A stretch of DNA of 64,000 nucleotides from an uncultured virus (IMG/VR IMGVR_UViG_3300027712_000027). Lineage: Duplodnaviria; Heunggongvirae; Uroviricota; Caudoviricetes. Every line of letters starts with the position of its first letter. Position 1 is the stretch's first letter. The notes under the pieces are model-generated. The model saw nothing but the letters and a program-made list of their open reading frames with translations. It was not told where the DNA came from and made no database searches. A program made the translations under genes and the position numbers. The stretch is taken from the IMG/VR virus record IMGVR_UViG_3300027712_000027; one strand, given 5' to 3'. Positions 19,180 to 29,584 of this stretch are shown here, one piece after another.

Positions 19180-21003
19180 TTACGCAAGAGTTTCGATCAT
19201 AGTGATTGTAACATCGTTAGGATCAATTATCAATATTTTATTATTATTGATTACAATATCTTTATTCATCGGAAGCATATATAAAGAAATATAATTTCCA
19301 TAAGAAGATGTTAACAAATTATTGATTTTCACATCACCAGTCGTATAATTAATAGAACCTATATTTTCGTTTAAAATAGTAAATACGCCATTAATAACCG
19401 TATATACTAATAACAATCCAAAATTATTATCTCGAATATAAGACAATGGATAGTTCGTTCCATCAGAAGTTACGTAAGTAAATGGTGAAGATGTTATGGC
19501 TGGTTCGTCCGATAATGGATTTCTTTTACTATATCCAGCAAACTCTTCTTCTTGATCTGATGCATTATTAAAACTAAAACTGAAAGAAGTTGCATAATTT
19601 ATTTTAGGTGATAATCTTTTAATAATTTTAATACCAGTATCATTACTTGTGATACTAACATCGCTGTTATCGATATGAGCAACAATTTTAGAATATCGAA
19701 GATCTGAACCAAATGTTTCAATATGGTCTGTACTAAATTGTGTAATCGCCGATAAAATAAAAGTTTGCAATTGCACAGGAGAGCTTGTTGTGATGTTTTT
19801 ATTATATTGAACTGTGGTATTAAGTTTAACGTATAGATAATCTGGGTCAGTAATTATGAGTCTATTGGGAAGAGCAATATAAGGTTTCAGGAAACTAGAG
19901 ATTTCATTTTTAACAAAATCAGAAGCAATCGTAGCGCCAGATGGTTTAAGTGCAAGTACAACTCTACCATATTGTTTCGGCTCGAGTAATTCACCACCAT
20001 AAACATTAACGTCTGAAATAATACCACCAAAGTTTGAAAGAACAAGCGACGAATAATCATCTGATGCAACAGCTCTTTGCTGAGTTGCAAAATATCTTGG
20101 GGCTGCAAATTTGATGGAATCTATAGATTCGGCGTTTGATCCACCGGAAGAATTTGAAGTAACATTAATCGTATCGATAGTGGCTTCGCCATTATTCATT
20201 ACACCCAGATCTTCATCACAGATAAAAGAAATAATGCCATCGGCGTCAGTACCGTTTGTTATTCTATAATTGATAGTAACTGTTGATAAATTATTTGGTA
20301 TACGTCCAAAATTGCCATCGCCAAAAACAATTTCATATTTTGAATTTTGAGCGGCTTGAAGAAAATATACCGAAGAGGTGTTTATTAAATTATAAAGTGT
20401 TTCTGCTTTTGTAAAAGTAGTGTTTACTGAACTTTCAGTAACAATCACTTCGATGCTATCAGTATCAACATTTGGGTTCGAAAGAATAAATCTTTGAGCC
20501 TCATTGTTAATATCATAGATAAAACTATCAGTTGTGTATTTGCCTTCATATACAGTTAATTCTGGAATAACGTATACGTTATTTGATGATGTATATGCAT
20601 AGTCTCTATCTGTAATAAATGTAAAATTACCATTAGAGTTTGTGCCACTAAACATCGAACCTTTTTTAATAATGAAAGGCGAAGTTGTTCCGTATCCAGT
20701 TACATTAAATCCGAAACTAGCCTCTGATGATTTTGATGATCTTGGAACATAATTTAACTCTTTTGCATGTGAAACGACAGAATCAAGTTTCTGCGCCGAA
20801 TCCATAAACATTTCAGATGAAATCATATTCAAGTAAAATGAATTCAAATATGAGTTATAAGATAAAACATCAAGGAGAACATTGATATTTGAACCACTAA
20901 AATTATAATCTTTAAAAATAGTCTGATTCGACAAATACGATTTAAGATTATTTTTAAGTGTGTCGAAATCTAATGAAGAAAGCTGTATAGAGCTATTGGC
21001 CAT
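19180..21003 (-). CDS. Baseplate wedge subunit gp6
   Basis: LDFDTLKNNLK...DYNFSGS..LLDVLSYN; FGDG..G; ESIDSIKFAAP...Q.RAV...DY. Confidence 0.9.
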   Translation of the reverse strand: MANSSIQLSSLDFDTLKNNLKSYLSNQTIFKDYNFSGSNINVLLDVLSYNSYLNSFYLNMISSEMFMDSAQKLDSVVSHAKELNYVPRSSKSSEASFGFNVTGYGTTSPFIIKKGSMFSGTNSNGNFTFITDRDYAYTSSNNVYVIPELTVYEGKYTTDSFIYDINNEAQRFILSNPNVDTDSIEVIVTESSVNTTFTKAETLYNLINTSSVYFLQAAQNSKYEIVFGDGNFGRIPNNLSTVTINYRITNGTDADGIISFICDEDLGVMNNGEATIDTINVTSNSSGGSNAESIDSIKFAAPRYFATQQRAVASDDYSSLVLSNFGGIISDVNVYGGELLEPKQYGRVVLALKPSGATIASDFVKNEISSFLKPYIALPNRLIITDPDYLYVKLNTTVQYNKNITTSSPVQLQTFILSAITQFSTDHIETFGSDLRYSKIVAHIDNSDVSITSNDTGIKIIKRLSPKINYATSFSFSFNNASDQEEEFAGYSKRNPLSDEPAITSSPFTYVTSDGTNYPLSYIRDNNFGLLLVYTVINGVFTILNENIGSINYTTGDVKINNLLTSSYGNYISLYMLPMNKDIVINNNKILIIDPNDVTITMIETLA

Positions 21004-21429
21004 TTATCGGACTCTTTTTAGTGTAAAATTGAGCGTTATAGGATCGCTGTTATTTATTAGATTATAAATAATAGTTATTAAAAATGTGTGATCATCGGAA
21101 TTTGGTCTAATATATATGTCTCTAATAGAAACTCTTGGTTCATTATTGTTAATAGTGTTTCTAATTAGAAAATCTATATTACCGGCTAATATCTGATCAT
21201 TCATTTCAAAAAGGCTATTTGTTATACTACACCCAACATAAGGTTGGAATAGTCTTTCTCCCAAATTAGTAAAAATTAAATTTTTAAGAGATTGGTTAAC
21301 CGCTTGAACGTCAGTAACTTTTCCAAGTTGATTGCCGAATGGAGTCATGGCAAAGCTATCCAGGAAATCAGAGAAATCTTCTCTTTTACCTCTGGCATTG
21401 ATTATAACATCTGCCCTTGTAACCGCCAT
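21004..21429 (-). CDS. Baseplate wedge subunit gp25
   Basis: AVNQSLKNLIFTNLGERLFQP..G...EPRV. Confidence 0.9.
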   Translation of the reverse strand: MAVTRADVIINARGKREDFSDFLDSFAMTPFGNQLGKVTDVQAVNQSLKNLIFTNLGERLFQPYVGCSITNSLFEMNDQILAGNIDFLIRNTINNNEPRVSIRDIYIRPNSDDHTFLITIIYNLINNSDPITLNFTLKRVR

Positions 21430-21444
21430 TTTATTTCTTTCTTA

Positions 21445-22350
21445 TTATGGGAAATGAGCTTTTGGAGACGCTGTTCCTGTTTGTTCACCAATTTTGTCTT
21501 GACCAACCCATGTTGTTTTAGTTATAGAAACACCATCAGATGTTATTTTAATTCCTTTGGCGGCGTCACCGGTGCCGACTTTTAAAATTATACTGGTAGC
21601 ATCCATAATAATTTGTGGTCCAGAATCTCCTGCTAATTGCAAAATTATTTTATTTAAGCTTTGTAAATTGATAATGCCTACACCAGCATCAGCGTTTAAA
21701 TTAATTTGATCGTGACTTAGTATTGATATGTTTTCAGCCACATCAAATCTAAGTTTACCATCATTTATTTTTGTATCAAAATTACCCTTTTGTACATTAG
21801 TGCCACATTCACCAACGACTGTTTGATAATATGTGCCAATTACTGTGGCTAAACTATCTCCATCGGTACTGCTGTGTTTGTTTCCTTTGTGAGTTTTAAC
21901 TTCATTGCCCTTTGTAGTTTTAAAAACATCGCCATCTGTGCCACTATAACTGCCTTCTTTGGCGCCGCCGATTTCTTTACCACCCTGACCTTTATAAAGA
22001 TTACCACCAGTTGATTGGCCCGTATCTAAATCTGCATCTACAACTACATTAGATCCTGATTTTACCGAATTATTGCCATCGCTGTGTACACTTTTACCAC
22101 CGCAAACATATTCTCTGCATTGTTTTATAAGACTATTAAGAAGACCATTTGCTTCTTTATTTGTAAAAGTACCGTCATGATGAACTTCTTCTACAAAAGC
22201 TTTAGCCTGATCTTTTGCTTCACGAGGTTCATAACGTATAAGCTTTCGGCCAGCGAGGCTACTTTCTCCGTAAATGTCCGGATACTTTGGTTCAGAACGA
22301 TCACGTGGATCTGTTTCCAAAACTTTATTAAACTTATCTCCAATACTCAT
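21445..22350 (-). CDS. gp5 C-terminal beta-helix/spike-like protein
   Basis: EVHHDGTF motif and short Gly-spaced beta repeats; occupies the gp5 position next to gp25. Confidence 0.55.
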   Translation of the reverse strand: MSIGDKFNKVLETDPRDRSEPKYPDIYGESSLAGRKLIRYEPREAKDQAKAFVEEVHHDGTFTNKEANGLLNSLIKQCREYVCGGKSVHSDGNNSVKSGSNVVVDADLDTGQSTGGNLYKGQGGKEIGGAKEGSYSGTDGDVFKTTKGNEVKTHKGNKHSSTDGDSLATVIGTYYQTVVGECGTNVQKGNFDTKINDGKLRFDVAENISILSHDQINLNADAGVGIINLQSLNKIILQLAGDSGPQIIMDATSIILKVGTGDAAKGIKITSDGVSITKTTWVGQDKIGEQTGTASPKAHFP

Positions 22351-22351
22351 A

Positions 22352-23797
22352 TCATAACACCTTATTTAAAATGTTTAATGTGGCAGCAGCAGCTACAACT
22401 GAAGAACCAGAATTTGTCAATACAGATGCAATTCCGGCGGCTGATGATGTTGCATTAAGTGCAGTAACTGCTAATTCAGATGGCGATACACCTAAACTTT
22501 CAAGAGCGCCCGAAGAAGATAAAGCACTAGTAATAGAACCAATTGAACCCAATGATTCAATATTTGGTAAACTGATATTGGGAATAGAAATACCAAGTGC
22601 ACCTAATGCACCTGCCATAGAAGCAATATTACCAAGACTTGATAAACTTGATGGAATATCAAATGCACCGGCGGATTTAGCTTCCATCAATTTAGCCATG
22701 GCAATGTTTTTTGCAAATTTTTTCTGCGCTTCTTTAACTACACCAACATCTAAAACAGAATTTGGTAGATGCAATTGTTGTGAAAGATTCAATGCTGTAC
22801 CTGCCAATCCCATTAACTGTGGTAATAGACTCATCAGATTAGCGGCTGAATTTTTACCTAAATTCTTTTCCATACCATTATCTTGTACACTTGTACTTGC
22901 TGCTGCTAATATGTTATTTATAACTGAAGGTGTAAGAATCATAACTTTATTAGCAATATAAGGTTCAAAGTCGGCTGCAATTTCAATCTCAGCTGTTTTT
23001 TGGATATCTTCATCAGCTGATTCATATGGATATTGAGTTGGTATTCTTTGCGAATAATACGAATCACCATCTGGTCCCAACCATTGGATGTACCCTGGAT
23101 ATGGATCTTCATCAACAGCATAATATTGTTGTATGTAAAGATCTGGTATTGCCGATAAATTTAAAAGTAATGATGCTGGTGGTAATGTTGACCCATATAC
23201 GATTGGAGGAATAACAGATTTTGGAATAGCATTTTCACCATATAGGATAGCATCTTTAATAAGATCGGCCAAACCCTCTTTAACAGTTTGTTGATATAAT
23301 GGATCAATTTGCTGAATGCCGAAATTATCTAATGCTGAATTAAATACCGTTATTACTTTCGAATACCCATATTCATGTGCTAGTATTTTAAGAGCGCCAG
23401 CAAATCCTTTGGTAACTGTTTTTGTTTGAGACGCTGAACTTGCACTGTTCATCACACTCCCAACTAACGACAAAAGCTTATACACATTTTTTAATGACAG
23501 AGCAACTCCCATAGGATCTACTTTGGCAATAGCAGCTGGAAGTTTCATACCAGGATCTGCCGATGCAGGTGTTGGATTATCAGCCTTTGGTGCAAATTTA
23601 GAACGTGATGTTGGTATCGCTGATTTACCATTATCAACAACCGGAGCTTCATTATATTTTGGTGTAGGATCTACACCAACCCCGCCCAGAGTAATATTAT
23701 GTGGAATTAAACTATTGTCTTTTGCTTTACCATTATGATCTATTCCTTTTTTATTTGGATCAATTATTTCCGAATCTGATGTTTTAGAAACAGCCAT
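22352..23797 (-). CDS. Hypothetical protein between the gp5 fragments
   Basis: 481-aa ORF translationally coupled to its neighbours; Ser/Ala/Leu-rich C-terminus. Confidence 0.6.
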   Translation of the reverse strand: MAVSKTSDSEIIDPNKKGIDHNGKAKDNSLIPHNITLGGVGVDPTPKYNEAPVVDNGKSAIPTSRSKFAPKADNPTPASADPGMKLPAAIAKVDPMGVALSLKNVYKLLSLVGSVMNSASSASQTKTVTKGFAGALKILAHEYGYSKVITVFNSALDNFGIQQIDPLYQQTVKEGLADLIKDAILYGENAIPKSVIPPIVYGSTLPPASLLLNLSAIPDLYIQQYYAVDEDPYPGYIQWLGPDGDSYYSQRIPTQYPYESADEDIQKTAEIEIAADFEPYIANKVMILTPSVINNILAAASTSVQDNGMEKNLGKNSAANLMSLLPQLMGLAGTALNLSQQLHLPNSVLDVGVVKEAQKKFAKNIAMAKLMEAKSAGAFDIPSSLSSLGNIASMAGALGALGISIPNISLPNIESLGSIGSITSALSSSGALESLGVSPSELAVTALNATSSAAGIASVLTNSGSSVVAAAATLNILNKVL

Positions 23798-24114
23798 TAT
23801 ACACCAACTCCATCTTTTGGTACACCGCCACGATGAAAGGATCCAAATATAATTGGATACTGTTGCGCCGTGTCATTTTTTAAAAATGAAATAATAACTC
23901 TTGATCCTACAATAAGGCCTGTGGGTATAACACCAACTTTAGCTGTTGATGCTGATGTTGATGGCATGAGAGGCATTGCCCATGGAAGATTTTCATCTTT
24001 GATAGCTTTCTCATCATCATGAAGACCATATATTCTAATTTGCACTCGTCCAGATTCCAAAGGATCCATAACGTTACGTACTTCTGCTGCATGAAACTCA
24101 GCCATTTTCACCAC
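23797..24114 (-). CDS. gp5 N-terminal OB-fold as a stand-alone protein
   Basis: DPLESGRVQIRIYGLH...LPWAMPLMP.TSAS...GS.V...F......Q.PII.GS. Confidence 0.8.
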   Translation of the reverse strand: MVKMAEFHAAEVRNVMDPLESGRVQIRIYGLHDDEKAIKDENLPWAMPLMPSTSASTAKVGVIPTGLIVGSRVIISFLKNDTAQQYPIIFGSFHRGGVPKDGVGV

Positions 24115-25327
24115 CTTCTTTATATGAGCCTTTAACGACTCTTAATACCATTGTGTACCTTGGTTGTTGACCAAAAGGTTTAATTTTATGTCTAATAGCA
24201 ACAACTAGAGCTTTACCATTAATTTGTGGCTCGCCTTTTTCATTATCAGTATTAGCTTTTTTAGGAATATTTAATTCAATCATACTACCGAGTTTAATTT
24301 TCGTATTACCAGGAACTTCTAACTCTGCTGAATTTTGTGATAAATATGCAAGGAAAGCTGCACGATTTTTTTTAGCATCGGCAACTTTAGTAGCTTCTTT
24401 ATTATTAGATGGGTCATTAACTGTATAAGAAGGTACAGATTTGGTTTTTTCTGGTGCTGCCGAAAATTGAGGTTTTGAATCTGCCACATCATATTTTACT
24501 GGTTCTTTTGGCGGAACACTATGTGCTTTACCGGTAACCAAATTATATGTTGTTTCGTTTGATTTTACCAAAGATCTAATGGGTGTAAAAAATGTAGACG
24601 ATGGCTTAAACCACATAATAGAATTTAAACGATCACTGTCAGATGCACCACCGACCGATAAAGTTGTTGTCTGTTTTAATTTTACAACTGTACCTTTTTT
24701 AAACAATTTTTCAAATGTAGTAAATATGTATTTTTGAGATGCCCCACTTTCTACATAAGTTACATAACATGAAGATTTACTAGAAGAAGATACATGTTCA
24801 TGGTTTAATATTTCATAAGCTTTTGTAAAATGTTGATTATGAAACACTAATCGTCTTTTGCCTTTAGTTTGTTCTTGAATGTCAATAGATTTTTCAGTTT
24901 TTATAAAATCTTTAAGCATCTGTTTAACCATTTCACTGGTTTGGGTATTATAATCTTTTTCGATAAAATTGCCCTGTGCATTTAATAGTTCTGGTGATAT
25001 GAATTGTAAATCATACATTTTGCTATGCATAGATCCTGTGGCCTGTACAGAACCATCTTGGCCATTGACATTATTATGTAGTTTAAATTTAAAAGTAATT
25101 CGTTCGCCATCAATAGGACCGAATGTTAGAACAACATCTTCTTTACCACTTATTTTATTCACACCAATAGCGTCATTAAAATCGTTAACACGTGCTTCGC
25201 CTACTGGACCGAGAGGATTTAAAATATCTTCGTAAATATTAAATCCGACCAAGCTTACTACACCAGGATCGTTAATATCCATACCACCAACAGTAAATGT
25301 GCTTATATTAACTTCACCAGCTGCCAT
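24098..25327 (-). CDS. Baseplate hub protein (gp27-like)
   Basis: NIYEDI...; VPGNTKIKLG...GKALVVAIRHKI; lies between gp53 and gp5. Confidence 0.6.
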   Translation of the reverse strand: MAAGEVNISTFTVGGMDINDPGVVSLVGFNIYEDILNPLGPVGEARVNDFNDAIGVNKISGKEDVVLTFGPIDGERITFKFKLHNNVNGQDGSVQATGSMHSKMYDLQFISPELLNAQGNFIEKDYNTQTSEMVKQMLKDFIKTEKSIDIQEQTKGKRRLVFHNQHFTKAYEILNHEHVSSSSKSSCYVTYVESGASQKYIFTTFEKLFKKGTVVKLKQTTTLSVGGASDSDRLNSIMWFKPSSTFFTPIRSLVKSNETTYNLVTGKAHSVPPKEPVKYDVADSKPQFSAAPEKTKSVPSYTVNDPSNNKEATKVADAKKNRAAFLAYLSQNSAELEVPGNTKIKLGSMIELNIPKKANTDNEKGEPQINGKALVVAIRHKIKPFGQQPRYTMVLRVVKGSYKEGGENG

Positions 25328-26205
25328 TATGTTGTTCTCAATAAATCTGTTAAGTTGCTAACGACTAAAGGTGAATATCTATTATCTAATAGACGAACCG
25401 TTTTATTGTATTCGTTTTTTTGTCTTTCAAATTCATAATATGTAATCGGTTCGTAAAATTCTTCCTCTTCCTGTTCAATTGGATTTGATATAAGAGTAGA
25501 ATTTGCGAAAGCAGTATTTACATTGCTCTCGGTGCCATAGATATAGCTAGAACCGGTTATAGGATTTGCAGTATTAGCCAATACATAACCTGATACATTT
25601 TTAATATAGAGCACACCATTATTAGACAATACTTGCCCAGTTCCAGTATAATTAACATTAAACACAATATTTACAATTTCATCGAAAATAAAATTCGTAT
25701 TAGAAACACCATAAGAAATAATTCTATTGGTATTAATCGTCCAATCTTTTCTTTTTCTTGAATACGCAGAAACTGCATTATTAAAACCGTATACCGGCTC
25801 GTAATAACCTTTTTGTTTAATAGTCAAAGAATTGTATCTTGAAACGCTTATGTTTTCTTGACCAGCCCAATTATTCATGTAATTTGAAATTTTAGTTGAT
25901 GCAGCTTCGACGGAAGAATATTTACTGGCAATAAAACTATCAAATTCATCTTGCTGAAGGTACCATTCATAGTATGGATCTATAATTTTATTAGATAGAT
26001 ACACCATCCAACTTTTGTAAGAATCATCATAATAATGCGAGCTTATCTGATCAGGTCTTTCAGAGTCACCGATATCGTATGGATAAAAAACATAAGGGTC
26101 ATTATACACAATATCTTTCATAACAACACGGGCTGTTATATCAACAGCTGTTGTATTGCTATATTGAATAATAGGAAATTTATCGAAATATTTGTCTTGT
26201 GACAT
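25327..26205 (-). CDS. Baseplate wedge protein gp53
   Basis: YFDKFPIIQY...ERPDQIS..YY.D...W.V.LSN.IIDPYYEW...YYEFE...NE. Confidence 0.85.
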   Translation of the reverse strand: MSQDKYFDKFPIIQYSNTTAVDITARVVMKDIVYNDPYVFYPYDIGDSERPDQISSHYYDDSYKSWMVYLSNKIIDPYYEWYLQQDEFDSFIASKYSSVEAASTKISNYMNNWAGQENISVSRYNSLTIKQKGYYEPVYGFNNAVSAYSRKRKDWTINTNRIISYGVSNTNFIFDEIVNIVFNVNYTGTGQVLSNNGVLYIKNVSGYVLANTANPITGSSYIYGTESNVNTAFANSTLISNPIEQEEEEFYEPITYYEFERQKNEYNKTVRLLDNRYSPLVVSNLTDLLRTT

Positions 26206-27080
26206 TATTGAGCAATCCCCATAGTGCCAAATGCTGGTACTGAAATATCTCCAATAGCACCACGTATTGCTTCGTCTGCTTGTGCTGGATCAATAAATTT
26301 ATCAATTGGGTCAAACATAGATTTACCACCCCCATCATAATTGTCTTGAGTCCAAACTTCAATTTCTCTAAATCCAACAGATAAATTAATTACGGTTGGT
26401 GCACCATTTTTAAAGAACGAAGGCGACCCACCACCAGTATAATCGACTTGTACAGAAACAACAGCACAAGGTTTAAGTTTAAAAGTAAATACATCATCTG
26501 GCTTAAACTTTATTAAAGCTATTAATGGGTATCCATAAGCTATCCCAAGTTTTACATCTGGTAATGAATTGAATTTCATATAACGGATAATCGCCCGAAT
26601 CGTATCAGATTCTTTGGCGTTACTTGGTGTAAAGGTCCACGAAAATGTATGTTCTTTAAAATTTGGTTGGGTGAACAACATCCATAAGAATGGATTTGGC
26701 GCAACGCCTGCCATAGCTCCAAGGATACCTTTGGCGACCATACCACCAGCCATTCCTATTCGAGCAGCCAAATTTCCTGCACCTGCAGAAACTCCACTCA
26801 TACCAGATAATATTAGTCCGCCTTGTGCAGCAGCTGCTGTTGCTGAAACAGCTTCCCAGTTTAAAGTTTGGGCTTCGTTAATTTTTTTAGGTAAAGGTAA
26901 TATGAACCCACCTTTTGGTTCTGCATTATTTCCATCAGTAGCATAAGTGTAATGATATTTTACAAAATGTATTTGGGTATAATACTCTCTACCGTCAGCT
27001 ATTAAATCGCCCGGATATGATAACATCGAATACCCAGCAGTGGGTTTTTTTGGCAGTTGTGGTAATGGTATCGTAGCCAT
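26205..27080 (-). CDS. Baseplate tail-tube cap (gp48-like)
   Basis: NPF..MLF..PNFKEHTFSWTFTP.N.KES..I..II; VDYT; L...F.EIE. Confidence 0.8.
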   Translation of the reverse strand: MATIPLPQLPKKPTAGYSMLSYPGDLIADGREYYTQIHFVKYHYTYATDGNNAEPKGGFILPLPKKINEAQTLNWEAVSATAAAAQGGLILSGMSGVSAGAGNLAARIGMAGGMVAKGILGAMAGVAPNPFLWMLFTQPNFKEHTFSWTFTPSNAKESDTIRAIIRYMKFNSLPDVKLGIAYGYPLIALIKFKPDDVFTFKLKPCAVVSVQVDYTGGGSPSFFKNGAPTVINLSVGFREIEVWTQDNYDGGGKSMFDPIDKFIDPAQADEAIRGAIGDISVPAFGTMGIAQ

Positions 27081-27099
27081 TTAATTCCTTATAATCTAC

Positions 27100-27122
27100 T
27101 AAATATGTGCAACATGTATTTA
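27100..27122. promoter_or_regulatory. Face-to-face pair of late promoters for the two structural operons
   Basis: TAAATA on + at 27100-27105 and on - at 27117-27122. Confidence 0.6.
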
Positions 27123-27138
27123 TTATGGAAATTGAAAT

Positions 27139-27579
27139 ATGTTGTATCAAGGCAAATATAAACCAAAAAATCCAAAAAAATACAAAGGTGATCCATCAAA
27201 TATTATTTATCGTTCCGGATGGGAACTTAAATTAATGATTCGACTAGACGAAGATGCACAAATTATTTCTTGGGGATCCGAAGAAATTGCGATCCCGTAT
27301 ATATCTCCTTTGGATAACAGAATACATAGATATTATCCTGATTTTCTTGTTACTAAAATAAATAAGAATGGTATAAAAGAAACGATGGTAATCGAAATAA
27401 AACCTTCAAAACAAACCAAACCTCCTAAATCAAGAAGTCGAGTTACCAAACAATTTATTGCCGAGGTTAAAACATGGGGTGTAAATGAAGCTAAATGGAA
27501 ATCAGCCGTTGAATATTGTAAAGACAGAGGCTGGCTATTCGTCATATTTACCGAGAAAGAATTGGGAATAACATACTGA
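27139..27579 (+). CDS. Head completion nuclease (gp4)
   Basis: GKYKPKNPKKYKGDP..I.YRSGWE; W.SEE..IPY.SP.D.RIHRYYPDF; EIKP; VNEAKW. Confidence 0.92.
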   Translation: MLYQGKYKPKNPKKYKGDPSNIIYRSGWELKLMIRLDEDAQIISWGSEEIAIPYISPLDNRIHRYYPDFLVTKINKNGIKETMVIEIKPSKQTKPPKSRSRVTKQFIAEVKTWGVNEAKWKSAVEYCKDRGWLFVIFTEKELGITY

Positions 27580-28151
27580 TGTACAATTTTCAACAAATGA
27601 ACGAATCTAATAAAAATATAACTTCTCGTGATATTAATGACGCTAACAAATGGTTTGCTGATCAGGCAGGTCAATTAAACAGCACAGAGACAGATCCGTT
27701 TAAAATGTTCAAAGATGTTGGAGCTCCCACCATTGGTAAAATGTACCTTTTTATATATGATCCAAAACATAAAGCGAAATTACCATTTTATGATATGTAC
27801 CCATTGACATTTCCATTTGAATTTAAAAAAGAGGGGTTTTTGGCACTTAACCTCCATTATCTACCACCAAGAGCAAGAGCAAGTCTTATGCAAGCTCTAC
27901 ACACTATCGCCAACAATGATAAATATAATGATTCTACAAAACTTAATATTTCATATGGACTTTTGAAACAATCAGCAAGTCGGTTTTCTGGATTCGAAAA
28001 TTGTATTAAAAGTTATTTGTTTGGACAGTTAAAAAGTTCATTTCGCTATGTTAAACCTGCCGATTGGGATAAAGCTTTATTATTGCCACTTCAAAGATGG
28101 GTTGTGAACCCAGATAAAAAATACTCATCTAAAGCTTCTCCTCCTTACTAG
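27579..28151 (+). CDS. DNA end protector (gp2)
   Basis: GKMYLFIYDPKHK..LPFYD.YPL.F; GFL.LNLHYLPP..R. Confidence 0.9.
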   Translation: MYNFQQMNESNKNITSRDINDANKWFADQAGQLNSTETDPFKMFKDVGAPTIGKMYLFIYDPKHKAKLPFYDMYPLTFPFEFKKEGFLALNLHYLPPRARASLMQALHTIANNDKYNDSTKLNISYGLLKQSASRFSGFENCIKSYLFGQLKSSFRYVKPADWDKALLLPLQRWVVNPDKKYSSKASPPY

Positions 28152-28159
28152 GAATAGTT

Positions 28160-28852
28160 ATGCGTGCATTTAATATAGCTACTTTTAAAACATCTATAAA
28201 CAGTAACGGTTATTTACCGACTAATAAATTTGAGGTGTTTATTACGCCACCACCTATACTGTCAGGTAGTGCAATCAATAATATCGGTACTCCAGAATTA
28301 GTCAATAACATAGTTCGTGATCTTTGTTATCGTATCGATACAGTGAGAATTCCTGGTGTAACTTTATTAACAGCTGATAATGCACCATATGGTATTGGAC
28401 CAACACAGAAACAACCGGTCAATGCACAATATAGCGAAACTAGTTTTAGCATGTTATCTGATGGTTATGGTAATATTTGGCAATTTTGGCACAATTGGTT
28501 AAGATCTGTATTTGAATTTACCGGAACATCTGCATCTAGAGTAAATACTGCTAATAGAGTTCCAACGTATACATCGAATTATAAACATGACTATTCTACA
28601 ACGATGCAAATAGTAATGTATGATATGTTCGGTAATGCTATTCAAAAAATTAATCTGTTTGAAGTTTTTCCAGTAGCTATGAGAGAAACGCCTATGAGTT
28701 GGGCAGATAATGGGAACCTTTTAAAAATTAATATCAATTTATCATATTCTGAATATAATATAGAAGGTTCAGATATACAAGATAGATTAAATAAACAACA
28801 ATTAAATTTGATAAACGCTACACCAGCTGGCGCAACAACCATCACACCATGA
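28160..28852 (+). CDS. Tail tube-like / tube initiator protein (gp54/gp19 fold)
   Basis: NKFEVFI..P; IPG; FW..W; Y..DY; L.EVFP..; position before gp26. Confidence 0.65.
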   Translation: MRAFNIATFKTSINSNGYLPTNKFEVFITPPPILSGSAINNIGTPELVNNIVRDLCYRIDTVRIPGVTLLTADNAPYGIGPTQKQPVNAQYSETSFSMLSDGYGNIWQFWHNWLRSVFEFTGTSASRVNTANRVPTYTSNYKHDYSTTMQIVMYDMFGNAIQKINLFEVFPVAMRETPMSWADNGNLLKININLSYSEYNIEGSDIQDRLNKQQLNLINATPAGATTITP

Positions 28853-28873
28853 ACATTATAATGGAGTTATAAT

Positions 28874-29584
28874 ATGTCTTTACCTAAAATCGACTATCCT
28901 TTACATAATATCAAAGTACCTTCTCTTAATAAAGTTTTCAAATTCAGACCATTTTTAGTTAGAGAAGAGAAAATTCTTCTTATGGCAAAAGAAAGCGAAA
29001 ATGAAGCCGATATTCTTTCTGCTATTAAACAGATCGTAAATAACTGCAGCAGCGATAAGGGATTTGATGTAAATAAAATAGCCGTCTTTGATCTTGAATA
29101 TATCTTTTTAAAGCTTCGTGCAGTTTCTGTAGATAATATTGTTAAGCTAACATATAAAGATTATGAAGACGAAAAGGATTACACTTTTAATATTGATTTA
29201 AATGATGTTAAAATTGTTAATCCAGATAAAATTGAAAACGATATTAAGATATCAGACAAATCTGGTATTGTTATGAAATATCCACCAGCTTCTCTTTATG
29301 AAGATGAAGAATTTCTTAAGCTCGATAAAGATTATATGTTTGAATTAATTATTCGATGTATCGATAAAATTTACTACGAAGACAATGTGTACGAGTCTAA
29401 AAATTATAAGAAAGAAGAGTTGACTGAATTTCTAGAAAGTATGAATATTAAAATATTCGAAGCAATTCAAACTTTTTTAATCAATTCTCCAAAAATTCAA
29501 TACAAAATTGAATACAAAAATGAACTGGGGAATGATAGACAAATTGTCCTCAGCTCGTTAAATGATTTTTTTACATGGCGCTAA
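28874..29584 (+). CDS. Baseplate hub assembly protein gp26
   Basis: MSLPKI..P; FRPFLVREEKILLMAKES; FDLEYIFLKLRAVSV; ends LNDFF. Confidence 0.9.
   Translation: MSLPKIDYPLHNIKVPSLNKVFKFRPFLVREEKILLMAKESENEADILSAIKQIVNNCSSDKGFDVNKIAVFDLEYIFLKLRAVSVDNIVKLTYKDYEDEKDYTFNIDLNDVKIVNPDKIENDIKISDKSGIVMKYPPASLYEDEEFLKLDKDYMFELIIRCIDKIYYEDNVYESKNYKKEELTEFLESMNIKIFEAIQTFLINSPKIQYKIEYKNELGNDRQIVLSSLNDFFTWR

Noticed and set aside
22371..22961. 196-aa plus-strand ORF and similar short antisense ORFs across 0.5-27 kb
   Set aside because: Expected stop-poor reverse frames of Gly/Ala/Ser/Thr-rich structural genes
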